Shown: piece by piece, positions 12,225 through 24,645 of the stretch | Layout: every line of letters begins with the position of its first letter | Position numbering within the stretch: position 1 is the stretch's first letter | Assembly (NCBI RefSeq): GCF_054482595.1 | Contig: NZ_CM137008.1 | Length of the DNA: 64,000 nucleotides | Reading direction: 5' to 3' (one strand) | Notes under the pieces: model-generated | The model's input: the letters and a program-made list of their open reading frames with translations, nothing else | The model's database searches: none | Told to the model about the DNA's origin: nothing | Made by a program: the position numbers and the translations under genes

Positions 12225-12417
12225 CTGCTCATCCTTGTATTATCGGGTTATTTGTCCGCTGACAGGCAAAACCCTACAGATTTATAAGAAAGCCTTAAGT
12301 GAGATATCCGTCAGATAGAAACAATTAGGAAAATATTTATATATATTTCATGAATATATGTTTCGATTGGTATAACGGTGTCTAAATATTCCTCTGAACA
12401 TCTTCCTGATACAAAAA

Positions 12418-12447
12418 ACCGCCAGCGTTTCCGCTGGCGGTTTTCAA
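12418..12447 (-). terminator. Rho-independent terminator downstream of ybfA
   Basis: Minus strand reads ccgccagcg gaaa cgctggcgg followed by a T6 run. Confidence 0.7.
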
Positions 12448-12466
12448 TGTATTCAGAACTCAGCAA

Positions 12467-12673
12467 TCAATAAAAATCACCGGTTGCCTTTTCGGCCTGA
12501 TCCATCCACACCGGTTTATCGCTGGTTTTCGACCAGACGCGATGCAGGTAGCTGTAAAAGCGGGCGCGGTCTTTCCAGAAAAGCATGAAAGGCAGCGCCA
12601 GAACGCCCGCTGCAACCGCATAAGTACGGCGTAAAAAGATAAGCCATGCTGGATATTCTCTGTAGAGTTCCAT
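12467..12673 (-). CDS. ybfA: Small membrane protein YbfA (DUF2517)
   Basis: 68-aa ORF recognised as YbfA; divergent from the kdp operon. Confidence 0.85.
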
Positions 12674-12881
12674 ACTTTTCTCCCCCTTTTGTATCTACCC
12701 GGTGAATGGCACCGGAAAATGAATTTGTTTATCTGATGAAAATAGTACCGCCTTTTGTGTAATTTTACTACTCATCCGACCACTTATTTTTGCTTATTGA
12801 TGGTTTATTTACATTCACCCTGTAATTAAGTTACACAAAAGTTAAATTAATACTAAACATTAGTTAAATCATGGCTTTTGC

Positions 12882-12908
12882 CATTTTTATACTTTTTTTA
12901 CACCCCGT
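12882..12908 (+). promoter_or_regulatory. KdpE operator / kdpFABC promoter region
   Basis: catttttatactttttttacaccccg, the T-rich KdpE-binding sequence, about 80 nt upstream of kdpF. Confidence 0.6.
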
Positions 12909-12984
12909 CCGCAGATTTTTGCGAAATCTTTGCAGCCAGAATTCTACCCTTCCGGTATCACTTTTAGGCCACTGGAGGTGCACT

Positions 12985-13074
12985 GTGAGTGCAGGCGTGA
13001 TAACCGGCGTATTGCTGGTGTTTTTATTACTGGGTTATCTGGTTTATGCCCTGATCAATGCGGAGGCGTTCTGA
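12985..13074 (+). CDS. kdpF: K+-transporting ATPase subunit F
   Basis: GTG start after ggagg; encodes (M)[28 protein letters not shown] (29 aa); its stop overlaps the kdpA ATG. Confidence 0.85.
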
Positions 13075-14747
13075 TGGCTGCGCAAGGGTTCTTACTGATC
13101 GCCACGTTTTTACTGGTGTTAATGGTGCTGGCGCGTCCTTTAGGCAGCGGGCTGGCGCGGCTGATTAATGACATTCCTCTTCCAGGTACAGCGGGCGTTG
13201 AACGCGTACTCTTTAGCGCGCTTGGCGTCTCTGACCGTGAGATGAACTGGAAGCAGTATCTCTCAGCCATTCTTGGCCTGAATATGCTGGGGCTGGCGGT
13301 GCTGTTTTTTATGTTGCTCGGTCAGAACTATCTGCCGCTTAATCCGCAACAACTGCCGGGGCTGTCGTGGGATCTGGCGCTGAATACCGCCGTCAGCTTT
13401 GTCACCAATACCAACTGGCAAGCTTACAGCGGTGAAACCACGTTGAGCTATTTCAGCCAGATGGCGGGTTTAACGGTGCAAAACTTTCTTTCTGCCGCCA
13501 GCGGGATTGCGGTGATTTTTGCCCTCATCCGCGCGTTTACCCGCCAGAGCATGAGCACACTCGGGAATGCCTGGGTCGATCTGCTACGCATCACGTTATG
13601 GGTGCTAGTCCCTGTGGCGTTGTTGATCGCACTGTTTTTTATTCAACAAGGTGCGCTGCAAAACTTTCTGCCCTATCAGGCAGTGAATACCGTTGAAGGA
13701 GCGCAACAGCTGTTACCCATGGGGCCAGTAGCTTCTCAGGAAGCGATCAAGATGCTCGGTACTAACGGCGGTGGCTTCTTTAATGCCAACTCGTCGCATC
13801 CGTTTGAAAACCCAACCGCACTGACCAACTTCGTGCAGATGCTGGCGATCTTCTTGATCCCAACAGCGCTGTGCTTTGCCTTTGGTGAAGTGACGGGCGA
13901 TCGCCGCCAGGGGCGCATGTTGCTGTGGGCGATGTCAGTGATTTTTGTCATCTGCGTAGGCGTGGTGATGTGGGCAGAAGTTCAGGGTAATCCTCATCTG
14001 CTGGCGCTCGGCGCAGACAGCAGCATCAATATGGAAGGTAAAGAGAGCCGTTTCGGCGTGCTGGTCAGTAGCCTGTTTGCGGTCGTGACTACGGCGGCGT
14101 CCTGTGGCGCGGTGATTGCGATGCATGATTCGTTTACCGCTCTCGGTGGCATGGTGCCGATGTGGCTGATGCAAATTGGTGAAGTGGTATTCGGCGGTGT
14201 CGGTTCTGGTCTTTACGGCATGATGCTGTTTGTCCTGCTGGCGGTGTTTATTGCCGGGCTGATGATTGGTCGTACACCGGAATATCTGGGTAAAAAAATC
14301 GACGTACGTGAGATGAAACTGACTGCACTGGCGATTCTGGTCACCCCGACGCTGGTGCTGATGGGCGCGGCGCTGGCAATGATGACCGACGCCGGACGTA
14401 GCGCCATGCTCAACCCTGGCCCGCATGGTTTTAGCGAAGTGCTGTACGCCGTGTCATCCGCCGCTAACAACAACGGCAGCGCCTTTGCCGGATTAAGCGC
14501 CAACTCTCCGTTCTGGAACTGTTTACTGGCGTTCTGCATGTTTGTCGGTCGCTTCGGGGTGATTATCCCGGTGATGGCAATTGCCGGTTCGCTGGTGAGT
14601 AAAAAGAGCCAACCCGCCAGCTCCGGCACGCTGCCAACGCACGGCCCGCTGTTTGTTGGCCTGTTAATCGGCACCGTGTTGCTGGTTGGCGCACTGACCT
14701 TTATCCCTGCCCTGGCGCTTGGTCCGGTGGCGGAATATCTCTCCTGA
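13074..14747 (+). CDS. kdpA: K+-transporting ATPase subunit A
   Basis: 557-aa protein starting [12 protein letters not shown]; the ORF-track 605-aa version is an upstream in-frame extension. Confidence 0.93.
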   Translation: MAAQGFLLIATFLLVLMVLARPLGSGLARLINDIPLPGTAGVERVLFSALGVSDREMNWKQYLSAILGLNMLGLAVLFFMLLGQNYLPLNPQQLPGLSWDLALNTAVSFVTNTNWQAYSGETTLSYFSQMAGLTVQNFLSAASGIAVIFALIRAFTRQSMSTLGNAWVDLLRITLWVLVPVALLIALFFIQQGALQNFLPYQAVNTVEGAQQLLPMGPVASQEAIKMLGTNGGGFFNANSSHPFENPTALTNFVQMLAIFLIPTALCFAFGEVTGDRRQGRMLLWAMSVIFVICVGVVMWAEVQGNPHLLALGADSSINMEGKESRFGVLVSSLFAVVTTAASCGAVIAMHDSFTALGGMVPMWLMQIGEVVFGGVGSGLYGMMLFVLLAVFIAGLMIGRTPEYLGKKIDVREMKLTALAILVTPTLVLMGAALAMMTDAGRSAMLNPGPHGFSEVLYAVSSAANNNGSAFAGLSANSPFWNCLLAFCMFVGRFGVIIPVMAIAGSLVSKKSQPASSGTLPTHGPLFVGLLIGTVLLVGALTFIPALALGPVAEYLS

Positions 14748-14769
14748 TGATATTGAGTGAGCACTGAAT

Positions 14770-16818
14770 ATGAGTCGTAAACAACTGGCGCTATTCGAAC
14801 CAACACTTGTCGTTCAGGCGCTGAAAGAAGCGGTGAAAAAATTAAACCCGCAGGCGCAATGGCGCAATCCGGTGATGTTTATCGTCTGGATCGGCAGTCT
14901 GCTGACCACCTGTATTAGCATCGCGATGGCAAGCGGTGCGATGCCCGGCAATGCGCTGTTTAGCGCGGCCATTAGCGGTTGGCTGTGGATCACCGTACTG
15001 TTCGCTAATTTCGCCGAGGCGCTGGCAGAAGGCCGCAGTAAAGCGCAGGCCAACAGTCTGAAAGGGGTGAAAAAAACTGCTTTTGCTCGCAAGCTGCGCG
15101 AACCGAAATATGGCGCTGTGGCAGACAAAGTTCCTGCCGATCAACTGCGTAAAGGTGACATCGTGCTGGTAGAAGCTGGCGATATTATCCCCTGCGATGG
15201 TGAAGTCATTGAAGGCGGCGCATCGGTCGATGAAAGCGCCATCACCGGGGAATCGGCACCGGTGATCCGTGAATCCGGTGGCGATTTTGCCTCCGTCACT
15301 GGCGGCACGCGTATTCTTTCTGACTGGCTGGTGATTGAGTGTAGCGTTAACCCCGGCGAGACATTTCTGGATCGGATGATCGCGATGGTGGAAGGCGCAC
15401 AGCGACGTAAAACGCCGAACGAGATTGCCCTGACCATCCTGCTGATTGCCCTGACTATCGTCTTTTTACTGGCAACCGCCACGCTGTGGCCGTTTTCTGC
15501 GTGGGGCGGTAATGCAGTCAGTGTAACGGTACTGGTGGCGCTGCTGGTCTGTCTGATCCCAACCACTATTGGCGGCCTGTTGTCAGCGATCGGCGTCGCC
15601 GGGATGAGTCGGATGCTGGGCGCGAATGTGATTGCCACCAGCGGACGTGCAGTTGAAGCGGCAGGTGACGTTGACGTTCTGCTGCTGGATAAAACCGGCA
15701 CCATCACACTCGGTAACCGTCAGGCATCGGAGTTTATCCCTGCGCAGGGCGTGGATGAAAAAACGCTGGCTGACGCCGCACAACTGGCTTCGCTGGCTGA
15801 TGAAACGCCGGAAGGCCGCAGTATTGTGATCCTCACCAAGCAGCGTTTTAACCTGCGCGAGCGCGATGTGCAGTCGCTCCATGCCACCTTTGTACCGTTT
15901 ACTGCGCAAAGCCGGATGAGCGGGATCAACATCGACAACCGCATGATCCGTAAAGGTTCTGTCGATGCCATTCGCCGCCATGTTGAGGCTAACGGTGGTC
16001 ACTTCCCTGCCGATGTTGATCAAAAAGTCGATCAGGTTGCGCGTCAGGGGGCCACGCCGCTGGTGGTGGTGGAAGGTTCTCGTGTGCTGGGCGTTATTGC
16101 GCTGAAAGATATCGTTAAAGGCGGCATTAAAGAACGCTTCGCGCAACTGCGCCAAATGGGCATTAAAACGGTGATGATTACCGGCGATAACCGTCTGACT
16201 GCCGCCGCGATAGCTGCAGAAGCGGGCGTCGATGATTTCCTCGCCGAAGCGACACCGGAGGCCAAGCTGGCATTGATTCGTCAGTATCAGGCGGAAGGTC
16301 GTTTGGTAGCGATGACCGGCGACGGCACCAACGATGCTCCGGCGCTGGCGCAAGCAGATGTCGCGGTGGCGATGAACTCCGGTACTCAGGCGGCGAAAGA
16401 AGCGGGCAATATGGTGGATCTCGACTCTAACCCGACCAAGTTGATCGAGGTGGTGCACATTGGCAAACAGATGCTGATGACCCGTGGCTCGCTGACCACC
16501 TTCAGCATTGCCAACGATGTGGCGAAATACTTCGCCATTATTCCGGCGGCGTTCGCGGCAACGTATCCGCAGTTAAATGCGCTGAACATCATGCGCCTGC
16601 ATTCGCCCGACTCCGCCATTCTCTGTGCGGTCATTTTCAACGCCTTGATTATCGTCTTTTTGATTCCCCTGGCGTTAAAAGGTGTGAGTTATAAACCGCT
16701 TACCGCTTCTGCCATGTTGCGCCGTAAGTTATGGATTTACGGTCTGGGTGGGCTGCTGGTGCCGTTTATTGGTATCAAAATCATTGATTTACTGCTGACC
16801 GTTTGCGGTCTGGTGTGA
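14770..16818 (+). CDS. kdpB: K+-transporting P-type ATPase subunit B
   Basis: 682 aa with P-type ATPase motifs (DKTGTIT, TGDN, GDGTND). Confidence 0.95.
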   Translation: MSRKQLALFEPTLVVQALKEAVKKLNPQAQWRNPVMFIVWIGSLLTTCISIAMASGAMPGNALFSAAISGWLWITVLFANFAEALAEGRSKAQANSLKGVKKTAFARKLREPKYGAVADKVPADQLRKGDIVLVEAGDIIPCDGEVIEGGASVDESAITGESAPVIRESGGDFASVTGGTRILSDWLVIECSVNPGETFLDRMIAMVEGAQRRKTPNEIALTILLIALTIVFLLATATLWPFSAWGGNAVSVTVLVALLVCLIPTTIGGLLSAIGVAGMSRMLGANVIATSGRAVEAAGDVDVLLLDKTGTITLGNRQASEFIPAQGVDEKTLADAAQLASLADETPEGRSIVILTKQRFNLRERDVQSLHATFVPFTAQSRMSGINIDNRMIRKGSVDAIRRHVEANGGHFPADVDQKVDQVARQGATPLVVVEGSRVLGVIALKDIVKGGIKERFAQLRQMGIKTVMITGDNRLTAAAIAAEAGVDDFLAEATPEAKLALIRQYQAEGRLVAMTGDGTNDAPALAQADVAVAMNSGTQAAKEAGNMVDLDSNPTKLIEVVHIGKQMLMTRGSLTTFSIANDVAKYFAIIPAAFAATYPQLNALNIMRLHSPDSAILCAVIFNALIIVFLIPLALKGVSYKPLTASAMLRRKLWIYGLGGLLVPFIGIKIIDLLLTVCGLV

Positions 16819-16826
16819 GGTTTACC

Positions 16827-17399
16827 ATGCGTGGATTACGTCCGGCGTTATCGACATTTATCTTTCTGTTATTGATTACTGGCGGCGTTTACCCGCTGCT
16901 GACCACCGCGCTGGGGCAATGGTGGTTTCCCTGGCAGGCCAACGGTTCGTTGATCCGTGAAGGTGATACGGTGCGCGGTTCGGCATTAATCGGGCAGAAT
17001 TTTACCGACAACGGCTATTTTCAGGGTCGCCCGTCGGCAACGGCAGAAATGCCCTATAATCCACAGGCTTCTGGCGGGAGCAATCTGGCAGTCAGTAACC
17101 CGGAGCTGGATAAACAGATAGCCGCACGCGTTGCCGCATTACGGGCCGCTAACCCGGATGCCAGCACGAGCGTTCCGGTTGAACTGGTGACGGCATCGGC
17201 AAGCGGGCTGGACAATAACATCACCCCACAAGCGGCGGCCTGGCAGATCCCACGCGTAGCGAAAGCGCGTAATCTCAGCGTTGAACAGCTCACGCAACTG
17301 ATCGCAAAATACAGCCAACAACCACTGGTGAAATATATCGGCCAGCCGGTCGTCAACATTGTCGAACTCAATCTGGCGCTGGATAAACTTGATGAATAA
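16827..17399 (+). CDS. kdpC: K+-transporting ATPase subunit C
   Basis: 190 aa from the ATG at 16827 ([16 protein letters not shown]...); the ORF-track start at 16803 is an extension overlapping kdpB. Confidence 0.9.
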   Translation: MRGLRPALSTFIFLLLITGGVYPLLTTALGQWWFPWQANGSLIREGDTVRGSALIGQNFTDNGYFQGRPSATAEMPYNPQASGGSNLAVSNPELDKQIAARVAALRAANPDASTSVPVELVTASASGLDNNITPQAAAWQIPRVAKARNLSVEQLTQLIAKYSQQPLVKYIGQPVVNIVELNLALDKLDE

Positions 17400-20076
17400 C
17401 GAACCCTTACGTCCCGACCCCGATCGTCTGCTGGAACAAACTGCCGCGCCGCATCGGGGGAAGCTGAAAGTTTTCTTCGGTGCCTGTGCAGGCGTCGGGA
17501 AGACCTGGGCGATGCTGGCGGAAGCCCAGCGACTGCGGGCGCAAGGGCTGGATATTGTGGTTGGCGTGGTAGAAACCCACGGGCGGAAAGATACCGCCGC
17601 AATGCTGGAAGGGCTGGCTGTTCTGCCGCCAAAACGCCTGGCGTACCGTGGGCGGCACATCAGCGAGTTTGATCTCGATGCTGCCCTCGCCCGCCGTCCG
17701 GCGCTGATCTTAATGGACGAACTGGCGCACAGTAATGCGCCAGGTTCTCGTCATCCTAAACGCTGGCAGGATATCGAAGAACTGCTGGAAGCTGGCATTG
17801 ATGTTTTCACAACCGTCAACGTTCAGCATCTGGAAAGTCTGAATGATGTGGTCAGCGGCGTCACCGGAATTCAGGTACGGGAAACCGTGCCCGATCCTTT
17901 TTTCGATGCCGCCGACGACGTGGTGCTGGTGGACTTGCCCCCGGACGATCTGCGCCAGCGGCTGAAAGAAGGCAAAGTCTATATTGCCGGGCAGGCGGAG
18001 CGCGCCATTGAACATTTTTTCCGCAAAGGCAATCTGATCGCCCTGCGCGAACTGGCACTGCGCCGTACTGCCGATCGCGTTGATGAGCAAATGCGCGCCT
18101 GGCGGGGGCATCCTGGCGAAGAGAAAGTCTGGCACACGCGCGACGCGATCCTTTTATGCATCGGCCATAACACCGGCAGTGAGAAACTGGTCCGCGCGGC
18201 GGCGCGGCTGGCGGCGCGGCTGGGTAGCGTCTGGCACGCGGTGTATGTTGAAACCCCTGCCCTGCATCGCTTACCGGAGAAAAAACGTCGGGCAATTCTC
18301 AGCGCCTTACGTCTGGCGCAGGAGCTGGGCGCGGAGACGGCAACACTTTCTGATCCAGCGGAAGAGAAAGCGGTAGTGCGTTATGCCCGTGAACATAATC
18401 TCGGCAAGATTATTCTCGGTCGCCCAGCCTCGCGCCGCTGGTGGCGTCGGGAAACGTTTGCTGACCGACTGGCGCGCATCGCCCCCGATCTCGATCAGGT
18501 GCTGGTCGCGCTTGATGAACCACCCGCCCGCACGATTAACAACGCGCCGGATAGCCGCTCTTTTAAAGACAAGTGGCGGGTACAGATTCAGGGATGCGTG
18601 GTTGCCGCCGCGTTATGCGCCGTTATCACCTTAATTGCCATGCAGTGGCTGATGGCGTTTGATGCCGCCAACCTGGTGATGCTGTATCTACTTGGCGTGG
18701 TGGTGGTGGCGCTATTTTATGGACGCTGGCCTTCGGTGGTTGCTACCGTCATTAATGTGGTGAGTTTCGATCTCTTTTTTATCGCCCCACGCGGCACGCT
18801 CGCCGTCTCTGATGTGCAATATCTGCTGACCTTCGCGGTGATGTTAACCGTCGGGCTGGTGATCGGGAACCTTACTGCGGGTGTGCGTTATCAGGCACGG
18901 GTAGCCCGTTACCGCGAGCAACGCACACGGCACTTATATGAAATGTCGAAAGCTCTGGCGGTGGGCCGCAGTCCGCAGGACATCGCCGCCACCAGCGAAC
19001 AATTTATTGCCTCCACGTTTCATGCCCGCAGTCAGGTGTTGTTGCCCGATGACAACGGTAAATTGCAGCCGTTAACACATCCGCAAGGAATGACGCCGTG
19101 GGACGATGCCATCGCGCAGTGGAGTTTTGATAAAGGCCTGCCTGCGGGTGCGGGCACCGACACGTTACCCGGCGTGCCGTACCAGATTTTGCCGTTAAAA
19201 AGCGGTGAGAAAACCTACGGGTTGGTGGTGGTGGAACCGGGGAATCTGCGCCAGTTGATGATCCCGGAACAGCAGCGCCTGCTGGAGACGTTTACGCTGT
19301 TAGTCGCCAATGCGCTTGAGCGGCTGACGCTGACCGCCAGCGAAGAACAGGCGCGGATGGCAAGCGAACGTGAACAGATCCGCAACGCCCTGCTGGCGGC
19401 GCTTTCGCATGATTTACGCACTCCGCTCACGGTGTTGTTCGGTCAGGCAGAAATCTTAACGCTCGATCTGGCAAGCGAAGGATCACCCCACGCCCGCCAG
19501 GCCAGCGAGATTCGTCAGCATGTGCTGAACACTACCCGACTGGTGAATAATCTACTGGATATGGCGCGAATTCAGTCCGGCGGCTTTAATTTGAAGAAAG
19601 AGTGGTTAACGCTGGAAGAAGTAGTCGGCAGCGCGCTGCAAATGCTGGAACCGGGTTTATCGTCGCCCATCAATCTTTCTCTGCCAGAACCGCTGACCTT
19701 AATCCACGTTGACGGGCCACTCTTTGAACGGGTGCTGATTAATTTGCTGGAGAACGCAGTGAAATATGCGGGTGTGCAGGCCGAAATTGGTATCGATGCC
19801 CACGTTGAGGGCGAAAATCTACAACTGGATGTCTGGGATAACGGCCCCGGACTTCCGCAAGGCCAGGAGCAGTCGATTTTTGATAAGTTTGCTCGTGGGA
19901 ATAAAGAGTCGGCAGTCCCGGGTGTAGGGCTTGGGCTGGCAATTTGTCGGGCGATTGTGGATGTACACGGCGGCACCATTACCGCGTTCAACCGACCGGA
20001 AGGTGGTGCCTGTTTTCGTGTTACACTTCCCCAGCAAACCGCTCCTGAACTTGAAGAATTTCATGAGGATATGTGA
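17392..20076 (+). CDS. kdpD: Sensor histidine kinase KdpD
   Basis: 894 aa from [16 protein letters not shown]; ATG at 17392 overlaps the kdpC stop; histidine kinase H-box (LSHDLRTPL) and ATPase domain present. Confidence 0.93.
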   Translation: MNNEPLRPDPDRLLEQTAAPHRGKLKVFFGACAGVGKTWAMLAEAQRLRAQGLDIVVGVVETHGRKDTAAMLEGLAVLPPKRLAYRGRHISEFDLDAALARRPALILMDELAHSNAPGSRHPKRWQDIEELLEAGIDVFTTVNVQHLESLNDVVSGVTGIQVRETVPDPFFDAADDVVLVDLPPDDLRQRLKEGKVYIAGQAERAIEHFFRKGNLIALRELALRRTADRVDEQMRAWRGHPGEEKVWHTRDAILLCIGHNTGSEKLVRAAARLAARLGSVWHAVYVETPALHRLPEKKRRAILSALRLAQELGAETATLSDPAEEKAVVRYAREHNLGKIILGRPASRRWWRRETFADRLARIAPDLDQVLVALDEPPARTINNAPDSRSFKDKWRVQIQGCVVAAALCAVITLIAMQWLMAFDAANLVMLYLLGVVVVALFYGRWPSVVATVINVVSFDLFFIAPRGTLAVSDVQYLLTFAVMLTVGLVIGNLTAGVRYQARVARYREQRTRHLYEMSKALAVGRSPQDIAATSEQFIASTFHARSQVLLPDDNGKLQPLTHPQGMTPWDDAIAQWSFDKGLPAGAGTDTLPGVPYQILPLKSGEKTYGLVVVEPGNLRQLMIPEQQRLLETFTLLVANALERLTLTASEEQARMASEREQIRNALLAALSHDLRTPLTVLFGQAEILTLDLASEGSPHARQASEIRQHVLNTTRLVNNLLDMARIQSGGFNLKKEWLTLEEVVGSALQMLEPGLSSPINLSLPEPLTLIHVDGPLFERVLINLLENAVKYAGVQAEIGIDAHVEGENLQLDVWDNGPGLPQGQEQSIFDKFARGNKESAVPGVGLGLAICRAIVDVHGGTITAFNRPEGGACFRVTLPQQTAPELEEFHEDM

Positions 20077-20750
20077 CAAACGTTCTGATTGTTGAAGATG
20101 AACAGGCTATTCGTCGCTTTCTGCGCACGGCGCTGGAGGGCGACGGGATGCGCGTCTATGAGGCCGAAACGCTGCAACGCGGCTTGCTGGAGGCGGCTAC
20201 CCGTAAGCCAGATTTGATTATTCTCGATCTTGGCCTGCCCGATGGTGATGGGATTGAGTTTATCCGCGACCTGCGCCAGTGGAGCGCGGTGCCGGTGATT
20301 GTGCTTTCCGCACGCAGCGAAGAGAGCGACAAAATCGCCGCGCTGGATGCCGGAGCGGATGATTATCTAAGTAAGCCGTTTGGCATTGGCGAATTGCAGG
20401 CCCGTCTGCGCGTCGCTTTACGCCGCCACTCCGCCACCGCCGCGCCCGATCCGCTGGTGAAATTCTCCGATGTTACCGTCGATTTAGCCGCCCGCGTGAT
20501 TCACCGGGGTGAGGAAGAGGTGCATCTCACGCCGATTGAGTTTCGCCTGCTGGCAGTGCTGCTCAACAACGCCGGAAAAGTGCTCACCCAGCGCCAACTC
20601 CTTAACCAGGTGTGGGGGCCAAACGCGGTCGAACACAGTCATTATTTGCGTATTTATATGGGACATCTGCGACAAAAACTGGAGCAAGACCCGGCCCGGC
20701 CTCGCCATTTTATTACTGAAACTGGGATTGGTTATCGGTTTATGCTTTAG
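20073..20750 (+). CDS. kdpE: Response regulator KdpE (OmpR family)
   Basis: 225 aa; GTG start overlapping the kdpD stop (GTGA); receiver domain plus winged-helix C-terminus. Confidence 0.93.
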   Translation: MTNVLIVEDEQAIRRFLRTALEGDGMRVYEAETLQRGLLEAATRKPDLIILDLGLPDGDGIEFIRDLRQWSAVPVIVLSARSEESDKIAALDAGADDYLSKPFGIGELQARLRVALRRHSATAAPDPLVKFSDVTVDLAARVIHRGEEEVHLTPIEFRLLAVLLNNAGKVLTQRQLLNQVWGPNAVEHSHYLRIYMGHLRQKLEQDPARPRHFITETGIGYRFML

Positions 20751-20760
20751 GGGCTGAATT

Positions 20761-20858
<98 letters not shown>

Positions 20859-20868
20859 AGTCATAAGT

Positions 20869-20901
20869 AAAAAAGGGCGATCTTGCGACCGCCCTTTTTT
20901 T
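20869..20901. terminator. Bidirectional rho-independent terminator (kdpE / pgm)
   Basis: aaaaaa-gggcg-atcttgcgac-cgccc-ttttttt: A-run, stem-loop, T-run. Confidence 0.7.
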
Positions 20902-20912
20902 ATTTAATGTGT

Positions 20913-22553
20913 TTACGCGTTTTTCAGAACTTCGCTAACAATCTCAACCGCTTCTTTCTCAATCTGCTTGCGATGTTCTTCACCGAGGAAGCTTTCGCAG
21001 TAGATCTTATATGCGTCTTCCGTGCCTGACGGACGCGCGGCGAACCAGCCGTTGTCAGTCATCACTTTCAGACCGCCAATAGAAGCACCGTTGCCCGGAG
21101 CAGCAGTCAGGCGCGCGGTGATCGGGTCACCAGCCAGGGTGCTGGCGCTCACCATTTCCGGAGACAGCTTAGACAGCGCCGCTTTTTGTGCGGAAGTCGC
21201 AGCTGCCTGCAAACGGTTGTAGCTCGGCGCACCAAAGCGTTTTGCCAGTTCGTTGTAGTGTTCCTGCGGGTTCTTACCGGTGACAGCGGTGATTTCCGCC
21301 GCCAGCAGACACATGATGATGCCGTCTTTGTCGGTGGACCACGGCGTGCCGTCGAAACGCAGGAAGGAAGCCCCTGCGCTCTCTTCGCCGCCAAAGCCGA
21401 AGCTGCCGTCGAACAGACCATCAACAAACCATTTGAAACCTACCGGGACTTCTACCAGTTTACGGCCCAAGTCGTTGACCACACGGTCGATCATCGCAGA
21501 AGAAACCAGCGTTTTACCAACGGCAACATCTTTGCCCCACTGCGGACGATGCTGGAACAGGTAGTTGATTGCCACCGCCAGGTAGTGGTTCGGATTCATC
21601 AAACCTGCCGGAGTGACGATACCGTGACGGTCATAATCCGGGTCGTTAGCAAACGCCAGATCGAACTTATCACGCAGTGCCAGCAGGCCCGCCATCGCAC
21701 ACTCGGAGGAGCAGTCCATACGGATCGCGCCGTCTTTATCAAGGTGCATAAAGCGGAAGGTTTGATCGACCTGATCGTTAACGATGGTCAGGTTGAGGTT
21801 GTAATACTCGCCAATACGCTTCCAGTATTCGATACCGGAACCGCCCAGCGGATCAACGCCAAGCGTCAGGCCCGCTTTCTGAATCGCCGCCATATCAACG
21901 ATATCGGCCAGCCCTTCCACGAACGGCTGCACCAGATCCTGCTCTTTCACATGACCGGATGCCATCGCTTCGTCGAGGGAGATACGCTTCACGCCTTTCA
22001 GGCCATCGGCCAGCAGTGCGTTGGCACGATCTTCCACCACTTTAGTGACGTTGGTATCAGCCGGGCCACCATTTGGCGGATTGTACTTGATACCACCATC
22101 TTCCGGCGGGTTATGGGACGGTGTAATCACGATACCGTCTGCCAGCGGGCCACCTTTTTTATTGTGAACCAGGATGGCATTGGAAACGGCAGGCGTCGGG
22201 GTGAAGCCATTGTTTTCCTGCACAATAACATCTACGCCGTTCGCTGCCAGCACTTCCAGAACGGAAATAAATGCAGGTTCGGACAGGGCGTGAGTATCTT
22301 TACCCACATAGCAAGGGCCAGTGATGCCGTTTTTCGCACGTTCTTCAGCAATTGCCTGAGCGATCGCCAGAATGTGCGGCTCGTTAAAGCTGTGGCGCGC
22401 TGCACTGCCACGGTGACCGGAAGTACCGAATTTCACCGCGTGCTCCGCATTCCCTGCTTCTGGTTTCAGTACATAATATTGCGCCGTCAGTTGGGCGACG
22501 TTAATCAAATCACTCTGTTGTGCAGGTTGGCCTGCACGATTGTGGATTGCCAT
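20913..22553 (-). CDS. pgm: Phosphoglucomutase
   Basis: 546 aa from [12 protein letters not shown] (ATG at 22553); contains the active-site TSGHRG motif; the ORF-track start at 22604 is an extension. Confidence 0.93.
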
Positions 22554-22578
22554 TGCTTTGTCCTTTGTCTGCAACGTT

Positions 22579-23124
22579 TTAGATAGTTCCGCAAACCTTC
22601 TCAATCAATTCCGCCGGGAATTGCATCGACTGCATGATGTGTTCGATCATGCTGCATTTACGGCCGGTGTTGGTGTTGGTGATCACCCAATACGGCGTGC
22701 CTGGCACATGTTTCGGCTTGGTCTGATTACCATTTTTCAGCAGCGTTTGTTCATCTGCCGCAAAGTAAACGCGTGTACGACCGTGCAACGATTCCGTTGC
22801 TTCGGCAAACGCCTGGGCGTCAAGAGAATATAGTGTAGACAACAGCAGCATAAAGCGATTGACCGCTCGCTTTTGCTCTGCGTATTCATCCGAAAGCAGA
22901 AGTTCACGCATTGCGCGAACCTTGTCTTTAATCGTTTTGACCGGCTTCGCTTCGACGATAGCAGGTGACGCAACGCGAACCTCTTTCGTCACCGGAGCAG
23001 CAGGCTGTGATGCGGCGGAAAATTTCAACATACGCCGTAAAATGTCGGATGCGCTCTCGCCGATATGCTTAGTGTGGCTGGCAATATAGCTGTAGAGTTC
23101 ATCATCAACTTCAATCGTTTTCAT
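22579..23124 (-). CDS. seqA: Replication initiation negative regulator SeqA
   Basis: 181 aa from [17 protein letters not shown] (ATG at 23124); the ORF-track 226-aa version is an extension. Confidence 0.93.
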
Positions 23125-23308
23125 CTTAATCCAGTGCAGTGTCTTAGCTGAATACAAGTCGCCAGGAGTATATGAATAAATCCCGGCAGCGGATAGCGTC
23201 AAGCCTGGCTTGCAGAAAAACTCGGAATAAACCTTATTTGTTGCAGCCCTGTGGCACAATGGTCAACATAATACCCTAACCCGACAACGCGAAAAAAAGA
23301 ACTTTGCC

Positions 23309-24073
23309 ATGAAATTGAATATCCGCGCGCAAACTGCACAAAACCAGCACAATAATTCTCCCATCGTTCTTGTCCATGGTCTGTTTGGCAGCCTCGACAA
23401 CCTTGGCGTACTGGCTCGCGATCTGGTAAACGATCACAATATCATCCAGGTTGATATGCGTAACCACGGTCTTTCACCGAGAGATCCGGTAATGAATTAC
23501 CCGACGATGGCGCAGGATCTTGTTGATACCCTGGATGCACTGCAGATCGACAAAGCAACATTTATCGGTCACTCCATGGGCGGTAAAGCGGTAATGGCAC
23601 TTACTGCACTGGCCCCCGATCGCATCGATAAACTGGTGGCGATCGATATCGCACCGGTCGACTATCACGTACGCCGTCATGATGAGATTTTCTCGGCTAT
23701 CAACGCGGTCAGTGAATCGGACGCACAAACTCGCCAGCAAGCAGCAGCAATAATGCGCCAGCATCTTAATGAAGAAGGGGTGATTCAGTTTCTGTTGAAA
23801 TCTTTTGTTGACGGGGAGTGGCGCTTTAACGTGCCGGTATTGTGGGATCAGTATCCGCATATTGTGGGTTGGGAGAAAATCCCGGCATGGGATCACCCTG
23901 CCCTGTTTATCCCTGGTGGTAATTCTCCGTATGTTAGCGAGCAGTACCGTGATGATTTACTGGCACAATTTCCACAGGCACGGGCGCATGTGATTGCAGG
24001 CGCGGGTCACTGGGTCCATGCTGAAAAACCGGATGCGGTATTACGCGCTATCCGTCGCTATCTCAATGATTAA
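23309..24073 (+). CDS. ybfF: Alpha/beta hydrolase esterase YbfF
   Basis: 254 aa with GHSMGG lipase/esterase motif; recognised as YbfF. Confidence 0.9.
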   Translation: MKLNIRAQTAQNQHNNSPIVLVHGLFGSLDNLGVLARDLVNDHNIIQVDMRNHGLSPRDPVMNYPTMAQDLVDTLDALQIDKATFIGHSMGGKAVMALTALAPDRIDKLVAIDIAPVDYHVRRHDEIFSAINAVSESDAQTRQQAAAIMRQHLNEEGVIQFLLKSFVDGEWRFNVPVLWDQYPHIVGWEKIPAWDHPALFIPGGNSPYVSEQYRDDLLAQFPQARAHVIAGAGHWVHAEKPDAVLRAIRRYLND

Positions 24074-24076
24074 CGC

Positions 24077-24096
24077 AACTGATTAAAAACCCAGCG
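24077..24096 (+). promoter_or_regulatory. Candidate LexA box upstream of ybfE
   Basis: aaCTGattaaaaacCCAGcg has the CTG-N10-CAG spacing of an SOS box; ybfE is known as LexA-regulated. Confidence 0.35.
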
Positions 24097-24212
24097 TCCG
24101 CGTCGCTTTCCGCGCGTGGGCGTTGGCGTGACTCATCGCGCTGATGTATTATGGCGCGCTATCCATCCGGGCAGAGGCCTGGCTGATTGTTTCCCCCGAA
24201 GTCACCAAGATC

Positions 24213-24506
24213 ATGGCCAAAGAACAAACGGACCGTACGACATTAGATCTGTTCGCGCACGAGCGTCGACCGGGACGACCGAAAACAAATCCGCTTTCGC
24301 GCGATGAACAGCTGCGTATTAATAAACGCAACCAACTAAAACGCGACAAAGTACGTGGCCTTAAGCGTGTCGAACTGAAGCTGAACGCGGAAGCTGTCGA
24401 GGCGCTGAACGAGCTGGCGGAATCGCGCAATATGAGCCGTAGCGAACTGATCGAAGAGATGTTAATGCAGCAACTGGCGGCGCTGCGTAGTCAGGGCATC
24501 GTTTAA
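24213..24506 (+). CDS. ybfE: LexA-regulated protein YbfE
   Basis: 97 aa from [24 protein letters not shown] (ATG at 24213); the ORF-track 120-aa version is an extension. Confidence 0.85.
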   Translation: MAKEQTDRTTLDLFAHERRPGRPKTNPLSRDEQLRINKRNQLKRDKVRGLKRVELKLNAEAVEALNELAESRNMSRSELIEEMLMQQLAALRSQGIV

Positions 24507-24645
24507 ATTTCCACTTTCATGTAGCACAGTGTGCAGTCCTGCTCGTTTGCTGATTCCGCAAGACTGCCTGTTCTGCTATGATTGCCTTTATCCGTGGGCA
24601 ATTTTCCACCCCCATTTCAATAAGTTTCAAGAGGTTATTTCACTC

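Noticed and set aside
12930-13073. N-terminal 48-codon extension of kdpA in the ORF track (605 aa)
   Set aside because: The extension runs across kdpF in another frame; the authentic kdpA start is the ATG at 13074 overlapping the kdpF stop.
15583-16458. 291-aa minus-strand ORF inside kdpB, plus other antisense ORFs in kdpA, kdpB and kdpD
   Set aside because: Antisense to genes with clear P-type ATPase and histidine-kinase motifs; no independent support.
21186-22586. 466-aa plus-strand ORF antisense to pgm
   Set aside because: Fully overlaps the well-supported pgm reading frame on the opposite strand; its composition is typical of a shadow ORF.
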